64,000 nucleotides of DNA from Candidatus Sericytochromatia bacterium (GTDB lineage: Bacteria; Cyanobacteriota; Sericytochromatia; S15B-MN24; VGJW01). The notes below the pieces were generated by a model that saw only the letters and a list, made by a program, of their open reading frames with translations, made no database searches and was not told the origin of the DNA. The position numbers were made by a program, and so were the translations under genes. Where the stretch lies: assembly GCA_035285865.1 (NCBI GenBank), contig JAYKHS010000005.1:58057-122056 (forward strand), written 5' to 3'. Shown here in pieces: positions 28,139-37,300 of the stretch. Every line of letters starts with the position of its first letter. Position 1 is the first letter of the stretch.

Positions 28139-29455
28139 TCAGGCTTCCCCGGGCAGACGCAGCTTCTGGCCGGGATAGATCAGCTCGGGACGCGCGATGA
28201 GGTCCCGGTTCATCCGGTACAGGGTGCGCCAACGCTTGCCGGAACCGAGATGCTTGCGCGCCAGGACCCATAGGCTGTCTCCACGACGGACCCGGATGGT
28301 CCCGTGGCCTGCCGCGTGATGCGTCACATGACCCGCGTCGCCAGATGTCTCGAGCGTAAGGACCTGACCGACGCGCAGGCGGGCCGGACTTGGCACGGCC
28401 GCGCGATTGGCCGCCCACAGCGTCCGCCAACGCTCGCCGGAACCAAGGTGGGTGGCAGCGAGGCCCCAGAGCGTGTCGCCGGTCTTGACCGTGATGACAC
28501 CCTTGCCGCCGGCATGGTGGTCCGCTGCAGCGTGTGCAGCAGGTGCGTCGTGGTGGGCTGTTGGTGCGGCATCGTGAGCCGCAGGAGCCTCGTGATGTTC
28601 CGGCGCGTCGTGGTGTGCAGGGGCCGCCTTGTGTGCGGCAGGCGCGTCGTGATGGGCAGGCGCCTCACCGTGGGGTGCCTGAGCCCCGTGTGCGACGGCC
28701 TTCTGCTCAACCACCTCGTGTTCGGCCGGGCGCGGGCGCTTCGCAACCTTGCGGGGGGCAGGCGTGGGCGAGGGGAAATGCACCTTGATGGCGGTCGCTC
28801 CGTGGTGATCGTCCCCGGCATGGGCATCTTTGGGAGCGGCGTGTGCATCGTGGTGTTCGCCCGACTTGGCAGCATGCGCGTCGTGACGGGCTTCATGCTG
28901 TGCTGCCTGGGCAGGCGCGGCTGCGGCATCGGGTACCAGCCCGATGAAGACCGTCGTGCCGGGCCTGGTCCGGTTGAGGCGCTTTCTGGTGAGGCTTCGG
29001 TAGCCCGTGCCTTCGAGCTGGATCTCGCCACCGCCCAACTGGCCGACGGGCAGCGAGAGACGCCCGTCCTGGCCGGTGGTGCCCAGAACCTTGCCGCCCG
29101 CACCGAGTACCCTGATCCCGGCAAGCGGTTGGCTTGAGGAGGCATCGGAAACGCTCAGCGTCACGGACGCATCGTGTGCGCCGGTTTCGGCGTGGGCAGA
29201 GTCCTGATGCGCCCCACCGCCTGCGTGGTGCTCTTCGGCCAGAGCTGAAGCCGGCCAAGCGACCGTGGCGGCCAGCACGGCCACGGCTTCGGGCCGAAGA
29301 CGATGTCGGCGCTTCGGGGCTGCACCCGGCCACAGATCGTGGTCCCTGAGGGCTTCCGCCAAGGAGGCGCTGTCCAGATGCTGGCGGTCAACTACCGTAT
29401 CCAGCAAACGGAAAGCCCAGAAAAGATCGTCGTCTTGGTGATCGGGAGCACGCAT
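28139..29455 (-). CDS. Secreted protein: carboxypeptidase-regulatory-like beta domain, His/Ala-rich linker, two LysM domains
   Basis: VKTGDTLWGLA..HLGSGERW and VRRGDSLWVLA..HLGSGKRW...LIYPGQKL LysM motifs; AHHDAPA repeats. Confidence 0.85.
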   Translation of the reverse strand: MRAPDHQDDDLFWAFRLLDTVVDRQHLDSASLAEALRDHDLWPGAAPKRRHRLRPEAVAVLAATVAWPASALAEEHHAGGGAHQDSAHAETGAHDASVTLSVSDASSSQPLAGIRVLGAGGKVLGTTGQDGRLSLPVGQLGGGEIQLEGTGYRSLTRKRLNRTRPGTTVFIGLVPDAAAAPAQAAQHEARHDAHAAKSGEHHDAHAAPKDAHAGDDHHGATAIKVHFPSPTPAPRKVAKRPRPAEHEVVEQKAVAHGAQAPHGEAPAHHDAPAAHKAAPAHHDAPEHHEAPAAHDAAPTAHHDAPAAHAAADHHAGGKGVITVKTGDTLWGLAATHLGSGERWRTLWAANRAAVPSPARLRVGQVLTLETSGDAGHVTHHAAGHGTIRVRRGDSLWVLARKHLGSGKRWRTLYRMNRDLIARPELIYPGQKLRLPGEA

Positions 29456-29524
29456 GGCGGGCAGTATACCCCTCGGGCAGTCGGGCGGGCAACCTGCGGA
29501 GAGCAGGCGGCCGGCCGTGGTCCT

Positions 29525-30472
29525 TCAGAGCAGCTTGCCGTAGGTGTGCAGGCCTGTGGCGAGGTAGTTCACGCCCAGATAGGTGATCAGCACCGACACG
29601 AATCCGGCGACGGCAAACCAGGCTGCCTTGGCACCCTGCCAGTCCCGCGACATCCGCGCGTGGAGGTAGGCCGCATAAACCAACCAGGTGATGAGCGCCC
29701 ACGTTTCCTTGGGGTCCCAGCTCCAGTAGGTCCCCCATGCGTGGTTCGCCCAGAGGCCACCGGTGATGATCCCGAAGGCGAGGATCGGGAAGCCCAGCAT
29801 GATCAGCCTGTAGGTCAGCTCGTCCAGCAGGTCCATGAGGGCGGAGTGGTTGTTCGGCTGCTGAGCGGCCATGGCACCGATGGAGCGCGGTTGCGCGAAG
29901 GCGTTGCGGTAGTGGAAGAACAGATAGAGCGTCGCCGCGACGAAGGACAGCGCAAAGGCCGCATAGCTGATCAGCATCAGCGTGACGTGGATCTTGATCC
30001 AGTAGCTCTGGAGGGAGGGCACCAGCGGTGATGCGTCTCGCAGGCGGGGCGGCAGCAGGGAGGCCAGCGAGATGATGATCGTGACGAGGCCGGCGGATAC
30101 CAGACCGAAGCCCGGAGCCTTGTACACCCGGTCGATGACCAGATGCAGCGCCAGGATCGCGAAGACCACGAACATCACGGACTCGAAGAGGTTGGAGAGC
30201 GGCCAGTAATGCGGGTCGATGCGGACCATGTAGACATAGCGATCGACGAGTTGTCCCAGCGAAGTCAGGGCGGCGAGGCCCATCAGGCCTTGGCCGATGC
30301 GACCGGGGACGGACTTGCCCGTCGCCCAGCGCACGATGAATGCCAGCGTCGCCAGGCCCGTGAGGACCAGCGTGGCGAGGACCAGTCGGCCATCCAGGAT
30401 GACCATCCAATTCTGGGGGTCGATCAGACCGGTCGCCTGGCGGTCCAGTGACGAGAATTCGTTGCCGTTCAA
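29525..30472 (-). CDS. ccsA: Cytochrome c biogenesis protein CcsA (system II)
   Basis: PLSNLFES, LVPSLQSYW..IHV, WANHAWGTYWSWDPKETW (WWD domain), GLHTYG; TTG start overlapping the ccs1 stop with AAGGAG SD. Confidence 0.93.
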   Translation of the reverse strand: MNGNEFSSLDRQATGLIDPQNWMVILDGRLVLATLVLTGLATLAFIVRWATGKSVPGRIGQGLMGLAALTSLGQLVDRYVYMVRIDPHYWPLSNLFESVMFVVFAILALHLVIDRVYKAPGFGLVSAGLVTIIISLASLLPPRLRDASPLVPSLQSYWIKIHVTLMLISYAAFALSFVAATLYLFFHYRNAFAQPRSIGAMAAQQPNNHSALMDLLDELTYRLIMLGFPILAFGIITGGLWANHAWGTYWSWDPKETWALITWLVYAAYLHARMSRDWQGAKAAWFAVAGFVSVLITYLGVNYLATGLHTYGKLL

Positions 30473-32430
30473 GCCGCTGCTCCTTGGTTGTTTGGGGACT
30501 GGGGCAGCAGTTCGCCGCCTTGTCCCGTGAAGAGACGCTCCAGATGCCGTCGGAAGGTGAATCGGCCGCGATTGACCTTGGCCCCCACCCTGCAACCCTG
30601 TTCCTGGGCCGTGATCCAGAGTTGCTCGTGGTTGAACAGGCCCATCATCGTGCCAAGGATGACGATCAGGAAACCGGCATAGATGACGGGCAGGCCCGGA
30701 TCGGTCTTGGTCTGCAGGCCCGAGAACCAAACGGGGCCATCCCAGCGGACCTTGGTGATGCCGATGTCGGTTCTTTCGCCGGGGCGCATCACGGCCAGTG
30801 CCGTGCCCTCGCGGGCATCCATGATCCACAGTGGGGAGCCCGGCGGCTCGGAAGCCTGCATCAGGACCACGTTCCGGCCACCGATCTCCACGGGGTCCGA
30901 GGCCGCGCCTTCGACGCGGAAGCCGGTCTTCTCGAGTTCGATCATCCGGAGGACCTGCGCTTCGCCGTCGATGACGAGTTCTGTCGCGACAGGGCCGCCG
31001 CCGGCAGGATCGTCGTCGGTGCCCGCGAAGCGGACGTCCACGCCACCGAAGGCCTTGTGGGCCCCGGGAGCAAGCGTGCCCAGAGAGGCGATCGAGTCGA
31101 GGTCCACGATCTGGATGGGCTGATCCGGACCGGGCACGAACAGGAAGACTTTGCGGGAGCCGAACTCGAGCTGCCGCGTGATGTACCCCTGCATCTTGAA
31201 TCGGCTCGCGGACTCGACGGGCACGGTCCGGGACTTGCCGCCAATCACGAGGCGGACCGATGCGACTCCGGGACGGGACAGCACACGCCGGACGGCGACG
31301 GAGTGTCCGTTCGTCTGCAGCGGGCGTCCGGGTTTGGCGTCGCCGACGTAGCCCAGCATCGGGAAGGTCAGGATTTCGAAATGATCGCCTTTGCCCGGGT
31401 TGTAGCCGAAGACCTGCTGCTTGCCCAGTGTGAAGCGCTGGGTGATGAAGCCCTGCAGTTTGGTGGATGAGGCCTGATTGGCCAGGACCACGCGGGATTC
31501 TATGCCGCGGGCAACCGTCAGAATCTCGGCCCCGATGCCATAAAAGGACTGATAGTAGGTGGTGCCCTTGTATTCCAGAGGCTCGTTCACCTTGATGGTG
31601 CGGCTGAGCACGGGCTTGTCGTCCTCGACAATCGACAGCGTCGAGTAGAACTGCTTGACGCTGCCGTCCGGGTAACGCGTCGTCCAGAACTTGTCGAGAC
31701 GCACGCGGAAGTCATCGGGAAGCGGGGTGAGTCGCCCCCGCGTGCGGGCATCCTCGAAGGCCTTGCGTGCCGGCATGGATTCGCCGGGCAGCAGGGGGAA
31801 GCTGTGCTTGTAGCCGGTCAGTCCGGCGGTGATGCCACCGATCAGGATCATGAAGAGTCCCAGGTGGACCACCATCGCGGCAAATCGGAACAGCCGGTTG
31901 CGGTCGGCGACGAAGCCTTCCTTGGCTGGGAAGACACGGTAGCCGCGGCGTCGCAGCGTCTCCGCGACCTGATTTGCGGTGGTGTCGGCGAACCGCAACT
32001 GATCGGGCATGTGGTCCCGCGCGGGGATCGGCAGATCTCTGGGGCGTGCCAGCGCGAATCGCAGCCTGGGCCAAACCCGTACCCACGTGCACACGGCGAG
32101 GTTCAGGAAGAACAGTCCGAGCAACGTCAGGTACCAGGCCGAGTAGTAGACGTTGTAGGCCTGGATCGAGATGAGGAACTCGCGCGTCCGGAGCGACATC
32201 TCCTCGAGGGCGAGGACGTCCTCTGGGCCACCTTGGGGCACGATGGTGCCCAATGTCGAGGCGGCAGCGATCGCGCAGATCAGCACGACCGCAAGCTTGA
32301 TGCTGGCCCAGAAGGTGACGAACCCGTTGCGGAAGCGGACCCACGCTTCGGGGCCGCGGATTTCGGCGAGTTGGTCCCGATCGAGCAGGGTAGCTTCGTC
32401 CGCGGTGGGCGTGGCAGGGCCGTCGGCCAT
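30469..32430 (-). CDS. ccs1: Cytochrome c biogenesis protein Ccs1/ResB/CcsB
   Basis: ASIKLAV, GTIVPQ, VYYSAWY, NLAVC, VHLG, I.VNEPL.Y.G..YYQ, SGLQ.K.DPG. Confidence 0.9.
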   Translation of the reverse strand: MADGPATPTADEATLLDRDQLAEIRGPEAWVRFRNGFVTFWASIKLAVVLICAIAAASTLGTIVPQGGPEDVLALEEMSLRTREFLISIQAYNVYYSAWYLTLLGLFFLNLAVCTWVRVWPRLRFALARPRDLPIPARDHMPDQLRFADTTANQVAETLRRRGYRVFPAKEGFVADRNRLFRFAAMVVHLGLFMILIGGITAGLTGYKHSFPLLPGESMPARKAFEDARTRGRLTPLPDDFRVRLDKFWTTRYPDGSVKQFYSTLSIVEDDKPVLSRTIKVNEPLEYKGTTYYQSFYGIGAEILTVARGIESRVVLANQASSTKLQGFITQRFTLGKQQVFGYNPGKGDHFEILTFPMLGYVGDAKPGRPLQTNGHSVAVRRVLSRPGVASVRLVIGGKSRTVPVESASRFKMQGYITRQLEFGSRKVFLFVPGPDQPIQIVDLDSIASLGTLAPGAHKAFGGVDVRFAGTDDDPAGGGPVATELVIDGEAQVLRMIELEKTGFRVEGAASDPVEIGGRNVVLMQASEPPGSPLWIMDAREGTALAVMRPGERTDIGITKVRWDGPVWFSGLQTKTDPGLPVIYAGFLIVILGTMMGLFNHEQLWITAQEQGCRVGAKVNRGRFTFRRHLERLFTGQGGELLPQSPNNQGAAA

Positions 32431-32548
32431 GGGCTTGATTCCGGAAAAGTTCAGACAAAGGGCGCAGACAGGCAGTTTCAGGATACCATGGGAGACATCC
32501 TGCCCGGCATGCGGTTTCCTGCGGACGACGGAGTCGTCCGGTTCATCC

Positions 32549-32554
32549 TATAAT
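32549..32554 (+). promoter_or_regulatory. Consensus -10 box upstream of hemA
   Basis: TATAAT 40 bp upstream of the hemA ATG, in the ccs1/hemA divergent spacer. Confidence 0.5.
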
Positions 32555-32593
32555 CCTTATCTAGCGGTCTTCCGACCGTCACCCTAACCATTC

Positions 32594-33880
32594 ATGCCTC
32601 TTCTTCTCATCGGCCTGAGCCACGACACGACGCCGGTCGCCCTGCGCGAGCGGTTGGCGTTCTCCGGGCCGGAAACGGCATTGGCGCTGGCGACCTGGCA
32701 TGAAGACGGGGTCGCGACCGAGATTGCCCTGCTGTCGACCTGCAACCGCACCGAGGTCTATGCGCTCGGACCCGATGCCGATGGCCTCGAGTCCGCACTC
32801 ATTGCCGCGTTGGCCCGCAGCCGGGACCTGCCTGAGGGGCAGGTCAGGGACCTGTGCCGTGTCCGCCGGGACGAGGAAGCGGTCCTCCATCTGGTGCGGG
32901 TCGCGTCAGGGCTCGAATCGCAGATTCTGGGCGAGGGGCAGATTCTGGGTCAGGTTCGCGAGGCCTCGATGACCGCCCGGCGCATGGGTACCTTGGGGCC
33001 CGTGCTAGACGCCCTTTTCCGGACGGCCATTCACGCGGGTCGCCGGGTGCGCAGCGAGACGGCGATCGCGCAGGGTGCCGTCAGCGTGGGTGCCGCCGCT
33101 GTCGAACTGGCCCGTGAGCATCTGGGTGGCTATCGCAACCGGACCGTCCTCGTCATCGGCACCGGGAAGATCGGCGAGTTGGCTCTGCGGCAGTTGTCTG
33201 CCGAACAACCCGCGCGCATCCTGATTGCCAACCGGACACCCGAGTCCGCGCAGGCTCTTGCGGGACCCTTCGGGGCCGAGGCCATACCGTTCCCGGCGCT
33301 ATCCGAAGCTTTGCGCGAGGCCGATGTGGTGCTGTGCTGCACGGGTGCCCCACACCACGTGCTTTATCGCGCTGATCTCGCGCCCATCATGGAGGCGCGC
33401 GCCGGACGCCCCCTGTTGATGCTGGATGTCTCCGTGCCCCGGAACCTGGACCCGGAATTGGCGACCCTGCCGGGCGTGGCTCTTTTCGATATCGACGCTC
33501 TGACGTCCCTGACCGAGCGCAATCGCGCGGACCGGGCCACATGGCTTCCCGCGGCGGAGACCATGGTGCTCGAGGCTGCCCAGCGCTTCCACGCTTCGGT
33601 CCAGGTCCAGAAGGTCGGGCCGACCATTGCCGGTTTGCGCGACAAATTCGAATCGGTCCGTCACGGAGAACTGACCCGTTTTCTCGAACGTCACGGCGCG
33701 ACGTTGTCCGCCGATCAGGTCTCCGCAGTTGCCGAGCTGACCCGTGTCATCGGGACCAAGTTCCTGCACGAGCCCACCGTCGGCCTTCGTCACCACGCCG
33801 AAGCCGGCGCCGAGGACCACGCCCGCGTGATCCAGGAGCTGTTCGGGCTTACGGCGCCATCGCCTTCCTCGCGGGCCTGA
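32594..33880 (+). CDS. hemA: Glutamyl-tRNA reductase
   Basis: GLSH.T.PV.LRERLAF, LSTCNRTE, ASGLES.ILGE.QILGQV, NRT, D.SVPRN. Confidence 0.96.
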   Translation: MPLLLIGLSHDTTPVALRERLAFSGPETALALATWHEDGVATEIALLSTCNRTEVYALGPDADGLESALIAALARSRDLPEGQVRDLCRVRRDEEAVLHLVRVASGLESQILGEGQILGQVREASMTARRMGTLGPVLDALFRTAIHAGRRVRSETAIAQGAVSVGAAAVELAREHLGGYRNRTVLVIGTGKIGELALRQLSAEQPARILIANRTPESAQALAGPFGAEAIPFPALSEALREADVVLCCTGAPHHVLYRADLAPIMEARAGRPLLMLDVSVPRNLDPELATLPGVALFDIDALTSLTERNRADRATWLPAAETMVLEAAQRFHASVQVQKVGPTIAGLRDKFESVRHGELTRFLERHGATLSADQVSAVAELTRVIGTKFLHEPTVGLRHHAEAGAEDHARVIQELFGLTAPSPSSRA

Positions 33881-34637
33881 AGACCCACCAGATACCAGCC
33901 GCCAGCGCCAGCAGGCCCAGCGGCACCAGGAACGAGGCGTTGGCGATCCACCAGGGATCTTCCAGCAGATTGGCCTGGAGCAGTGCCAGGGCATTGTTGG
34001 CCATATGCGCCATGGCCCCGGGCCAGAGCGAGCCTGTGCGCCAGGCCACGAGCCCGAGCCAGCCCCCGAGGATCAGATAGCTGGGCAGTCCGTAAAAGTC
34101 CCTGTGAAAGTCCGCAAACAGCACAGCCACCACCAGCAGCCGAAACCACGGCACGCTGCCCGATGCGTCGTGGACTCCGAAGAGGCCACGCTGGATGACC
34201 CCTCGAAAGGCCATTTCCTCGCACAGGCCCGGCAGAATCACCGCCCCGATCGAGAGCCATGCCAGCTTGGGCCCCGGACCCTCGATGGTCATCAACGCGA
34301 CCAGGCCTTCGGGCATGGATAGGCCGGTCAGGCTTCCCCAAGCCATCTGTCCATAGGTCATCAGGATGGCAAGGCCCAGCATGCCAAGGACGGCACCGGC
34401 GAGCATGTTCGGTCGGAAGGCCTGCCAACCGCTGCTCAGCAGACGCTGTCTCACGTTGCCGGGACCGGCCAGGAGCAGTGCGGGCAGCCCTACGCCTAAA
34501 GCTTCGATGGGCACGAACAGGGACTCGGGCGGTCGCTGGGGCCACATCTTCGAAACCATGGCCACGGCGAACATCGGCCCGACGAGCAGCACGGGCAACA
34601 GCAGGGCAGCAGAGAGCCTCCCCGGTGTCGGCTTCAC
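33849..34637 (-). CDS. CPBP/Abi family intramembrane metalloprotease
   Basis: PGLCEEMAFRG, LFADFH, AHMANN; GTG overlaps the phnE stop (GTGA). Confidence 0.85.
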   Translation of the reverse strand: MKPTPGRLSAALLLPVLLVGPMFAVAMVSKMWPQRPPESLFVPIEALGVGLPALLLAGPGNVRQRLLSSGWQAFRPNMLAGAVLGMLGLAILMTYGQMAWGSLTGLSMPEGLVALMTIEGPGPKLAWLSIGAVILPGLCEEMAFRGVIQRGLFGVHDASGSVPWFRLLVVAVLFADFHRDFYGLPSYLILGGWLGLVAWRTGSLWPGAMAHMANNALALLQANLLEDPWWIANASFLVPLGLLALAAGIWWVFRPARKAMAP

Positions 34638-35554
34638 TGGACCATCCGGCGCAGTCGGGCGCTCGCGAAGTCCACGATCAGGACCAGCACGATCAAGACC
34701 AGCACGCTCACCGCAGCCTGCTGGTATTGGAAGGTCCGGAAGTCGGCATTCATCAGCAGGCCGATGCCACCGGCCCCGATCAGGCCCAGCACCGTCGCGG
34801 CTCGGATGTTGGCCTCGAATCGGTAGATGACGAAGCTGATGAAGTCCGCCATCACTTGGGGCACGACAGCGAAGGAGTAGACCTGGAAGCGATTGGCACC
34901 CGTGGCCTGAATGGCCTCGACCACCCCTTGGTCGATGTTTTCGATGGCTTCGCTGAACAGCTTGACCAGCACCGTGGTGGTGGCGAAGGCCAGCGCCGAC
35001 ACGCCGGTGAAGGGCCCCAACCCGATGGCAGAGATCAGGACGAGCCCCACGGCGAAGTCCGGGATGCTGCGCAAGACGTTCACGACGACCTTGACGCTGT
35101 AGTAGACCGAGGGATGGGGAGAAGTGTTGCGCGCGGCAAGGAAGCCCAGAGGGAAGCTGAACAGGGCGGCCAGTGCGGTGCCCGCGATGGCCATCTGGAT
35201 GGTCTGGATGGTGCCGCCGAGGATGGTCTGCGGCCAGGTGTTGGCCCACCAGGCCTCGCGGATTTCCTGCTGCTCCTCGGTCAGGGGGCTCGGCAGCAGC
35301 GTCTGTTGCCAGGTCAGCTCCTCGGGCAAGTGGTAGTCCGCCGGGTCGAAGAGCCGACCCCAGTCGGGCGGCCAGCTCTGTTTGGCCATGTCGGCCATCT
35401 TGGGCAGGCCCGCGATGAGCTCGGCGGGGTTGAATTGTGTCCCCAGGAAGGCCCACGACAGGACGGCCAGCACGGCGATGCCGACGGCCAGACGCTTGCC
35501 CATGGCACGTGGCGGACGAGGCAGGTCCAGATACTGGTCCGTCGCGCCGCTCAT
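34634..35554 (-). CDS. phnE: Phosphonate/phosphite ABC transporter permease
   Basis: TIQMA..GT, RSIP, GLGPF.G, KLFSEAIE, YRFEANIR.ATVLG.IGAGGIG. Confidence 0.9.
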   Translation of the reverse strand: MSGATDQYLDLPRPPRAMGKRLAVGIAVLAVLSWAFLGTQFNPAELIAGLPKMADMAKQSWPPDWGRLFDPADYHLPEELTWQQTLLPSPLTEEQQEIREAWWANTWPQTILGGTIQTIQMAIAGTALAALFSFPLGFLAARNTSPHPSVYYSVKVVVNVLRSIPDFAVGLVLISAIGLGPFTGVSALAFATTTVLVKLFSEAIENIDQGVVEAIQATGANRFQVYSFAVVPQVMADFISFVIYRFEANIRAATVLGLIGAGGIGLLMNADFRTFQYQQAAVSVLVLIVLVLIVDFASARLRRMVQ

Positions 35555-36390
35555 GCCGAGAATCCCTTCAACTCTTCCGTCCGTGCCTGGTAGATGCGGC
35601 GGATCGAGATGTCGTCCAGCTTGTCGGGTGGTCCGTCGAAGACGACTTGCCCCCCGGCAAAGCCGATGACGCGGTCTGCATAGCGCTTGGCCAGATCGAG
35701 CACATGCAGGCAGACCAGCACCGTGATGCCGTCTTCCCGGCAGATGTTGCGCATCAGCTCAAGGATGGACAGCGACAGCTTCGGGTCCAGCGAGGCGACG
35801 GGCTCGTCGCCGAGGATCATGGCCGGGCATTGCATCAGCGCCCGGGCAATGGCGACGCGCTGCTGCTGTCCGCCCGAGATGGCATCGGCCCGCTGGTAGG
35901 CCAAGGGCAGCAGGCCTACGCGATCCAGGTTGCGCAGCGCCCGTGCACGTTCCTGCTCGCTGAAGAGCCTGAATGAGCTCATGGTCGGGTGGGCATAGCC
36001 CAGACTGCCCGAGAGCACGTTGTCGAGAACAGACAGGCGCTTGGCCAGATTGAACTGCTGGAAAACCATCCCGACGCGACGGCGCCAGCGCTGGAGTTCC
36101 TGGCCTTTCACCCGCACGATGTCGACGACGGCATCATCGGGACGATCCACGACCATCCCGGGCACGAGGATGCGGCCGGAGGTCGGCTCGACCAGGCGGT
36201 TCAGGCAACGTAGGAACGTACTCTTGCCGGCACCGGAAAGGCCGAGGATGGCCACGAACTCTCCTGGCCTGAAGGACAGATCCACCCCCTTCAGCACTTC
36301 CTGGCCGCCCGGGTAGGTCTTGTGCAGACCGCTGACCTGCACAAGGTCCAGATCCCGAGGCAGCAGGATGCTTGTGGGTTGACGCGTCAT
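35551..36390 (-). CDS. phnC: Phosphonate/phosphite ABC transporter ATPase
   Basis: GLSGAGKST, FQQFNL, SGGQQQRVAIARAL.Q, DEPVASLDP. Confidence 0.92.
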   Translation of the reverse strand: MTRQPTSILLPRDLDLVQVSGLHKTYPGGQEVLKGVDLSFRPGEFVAILGLSGAGKSTFLRCLNRLVEPTSGRILVPGMVVDRPDDAVVDIVRVKGQELQRWRRRVGMVFQQFNLAKRLSVLDNVLSGSLGYAHPTMSSFRLFSEQERARALRNLDRVGLLPLAYQRADAISGGQQQRVAIARALMQCPAMILGDEPVASLDPKLSLSILELMRNICREDGITVLVCLHVLDLAKRYADRVIGFAGGQVVFDGPPDKLDDISIRRIYQARTEELKGFSA

Positions 36391-37289
36391 GGCCGCCGCT
36401 TCATGCCTGCGAGGGCCTCGCGGACGCTATCGTAGTCGGACGGCCGTGCCTCGACGAAGGCATCGATGTTGTAAATCTCCTTGAAGCGCCGGCGGCCCTC
36501 GGGGGTCTTGCCCATGTCGAGGAAGGCGGTCTTCAGGCGCTTGGCGAGCGCAGGCTTCAGATCGGGCCGTACGCAGAAGACATCATTGGGGATCGCCTTG
36601 GACACGGCCAGCGTTCGGAAGGCCTTGCGCTCCTCGGGCTTCTTGAGGAAGACCGTCCAGGCGCCCTCCTTGCCTTCAGGATCGTTGCAGAAGACGGCGC
36701 CCGCCTCGGCTTTTCCATGCAGCACGGCAAGCACGGTGGCGTCATGTCCGCCCCCGGGCAGCCGCCTGAGGTCGCTGTCTGGATCGATGCCCTTGCTGCG
36801 CAGCAGCGCTGACGGGAAGATCGTCCCGGCGACGCTGAGCGGGTCCCCGAAGGCGAAGGTGCGGCCGCGCAGGTCGTCGAGTTGGCGCACGGGGCTGTCC
36901 TTGCGGACGATGATTGCCGAGTAGAACACCTGTCGGCCATTGCGCACGGCCTTGAGCATCAGGCGCACCCGCGCCTTCTGCTCGGCGAAGACGTAGGCCA
37001 GCGGGGCGAGGAAGGCCGCGTCCAGCTTGCGGTTGGCCATCGCTTCGACGACGCCCGTGTAGTCCGTCGCGACGAACGGCACGACGCGGACGCCCAGGCG
37101 GCGGGACAGGTCGGCCACGAGCGGGGCGACCTTGCGGAACATCTCGTCGAACTTGTCCGATGGGACAAAGCCGATCCGTAGAACCTCGCGGGCCGGGGCA
37201 CCCGCTGCCTTGGTGGGTGCGGACGGCAGCGTCATCAGGCCCAGCAGCACGGCCGCCGCGAGGACGATGCGGGAAGTGTAGGCACGCAC
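36387..37289 (-). CDS. phnD: Phosphate/phosphite/phosphonate ABC substrate-binding protein
   Basis: ATDYTGVVEAM, Y.S.II, FAFGDP.S..G, GGHD, IPND, DYD; signal peptide; start approximate. Confidence 0.88.
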   Translation of the reverse strand: MRAYTSRIVLAAAVLLGLMTLPSAPTKAAGAPAREVLRIGFVPSDKFDEMFRKVAPLVADLSRRLGVRVVPFVATDYTGVVEAMANRKLDAAFLAPLAYVFAEQKARVRLMLKAVRNGRQVFYSAIIVRKDSPVRQLDDLRGRTFAFGDPLSVAGTIFPSALLRSKGIDPDSDLRRLPGGGHDATVLAVLHGKAEAGAVFCNDPEGKEGAWTVFLKKPEERKAFRTLAVSKAIPNDVFCVRPDLKPALAKRLKTAFLDMGKTPEGRRRFKEIYNIDAFVEARPSDYDSVREALAGMKRRP

Positions 37290-37300
37290 GACGGTTCGCC

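Noticed and set aside
28510..28900. DNA-level repeats (GTCGTGGTG-like)
   Set aside because: Explained by the His/Ala-rich coding repeat
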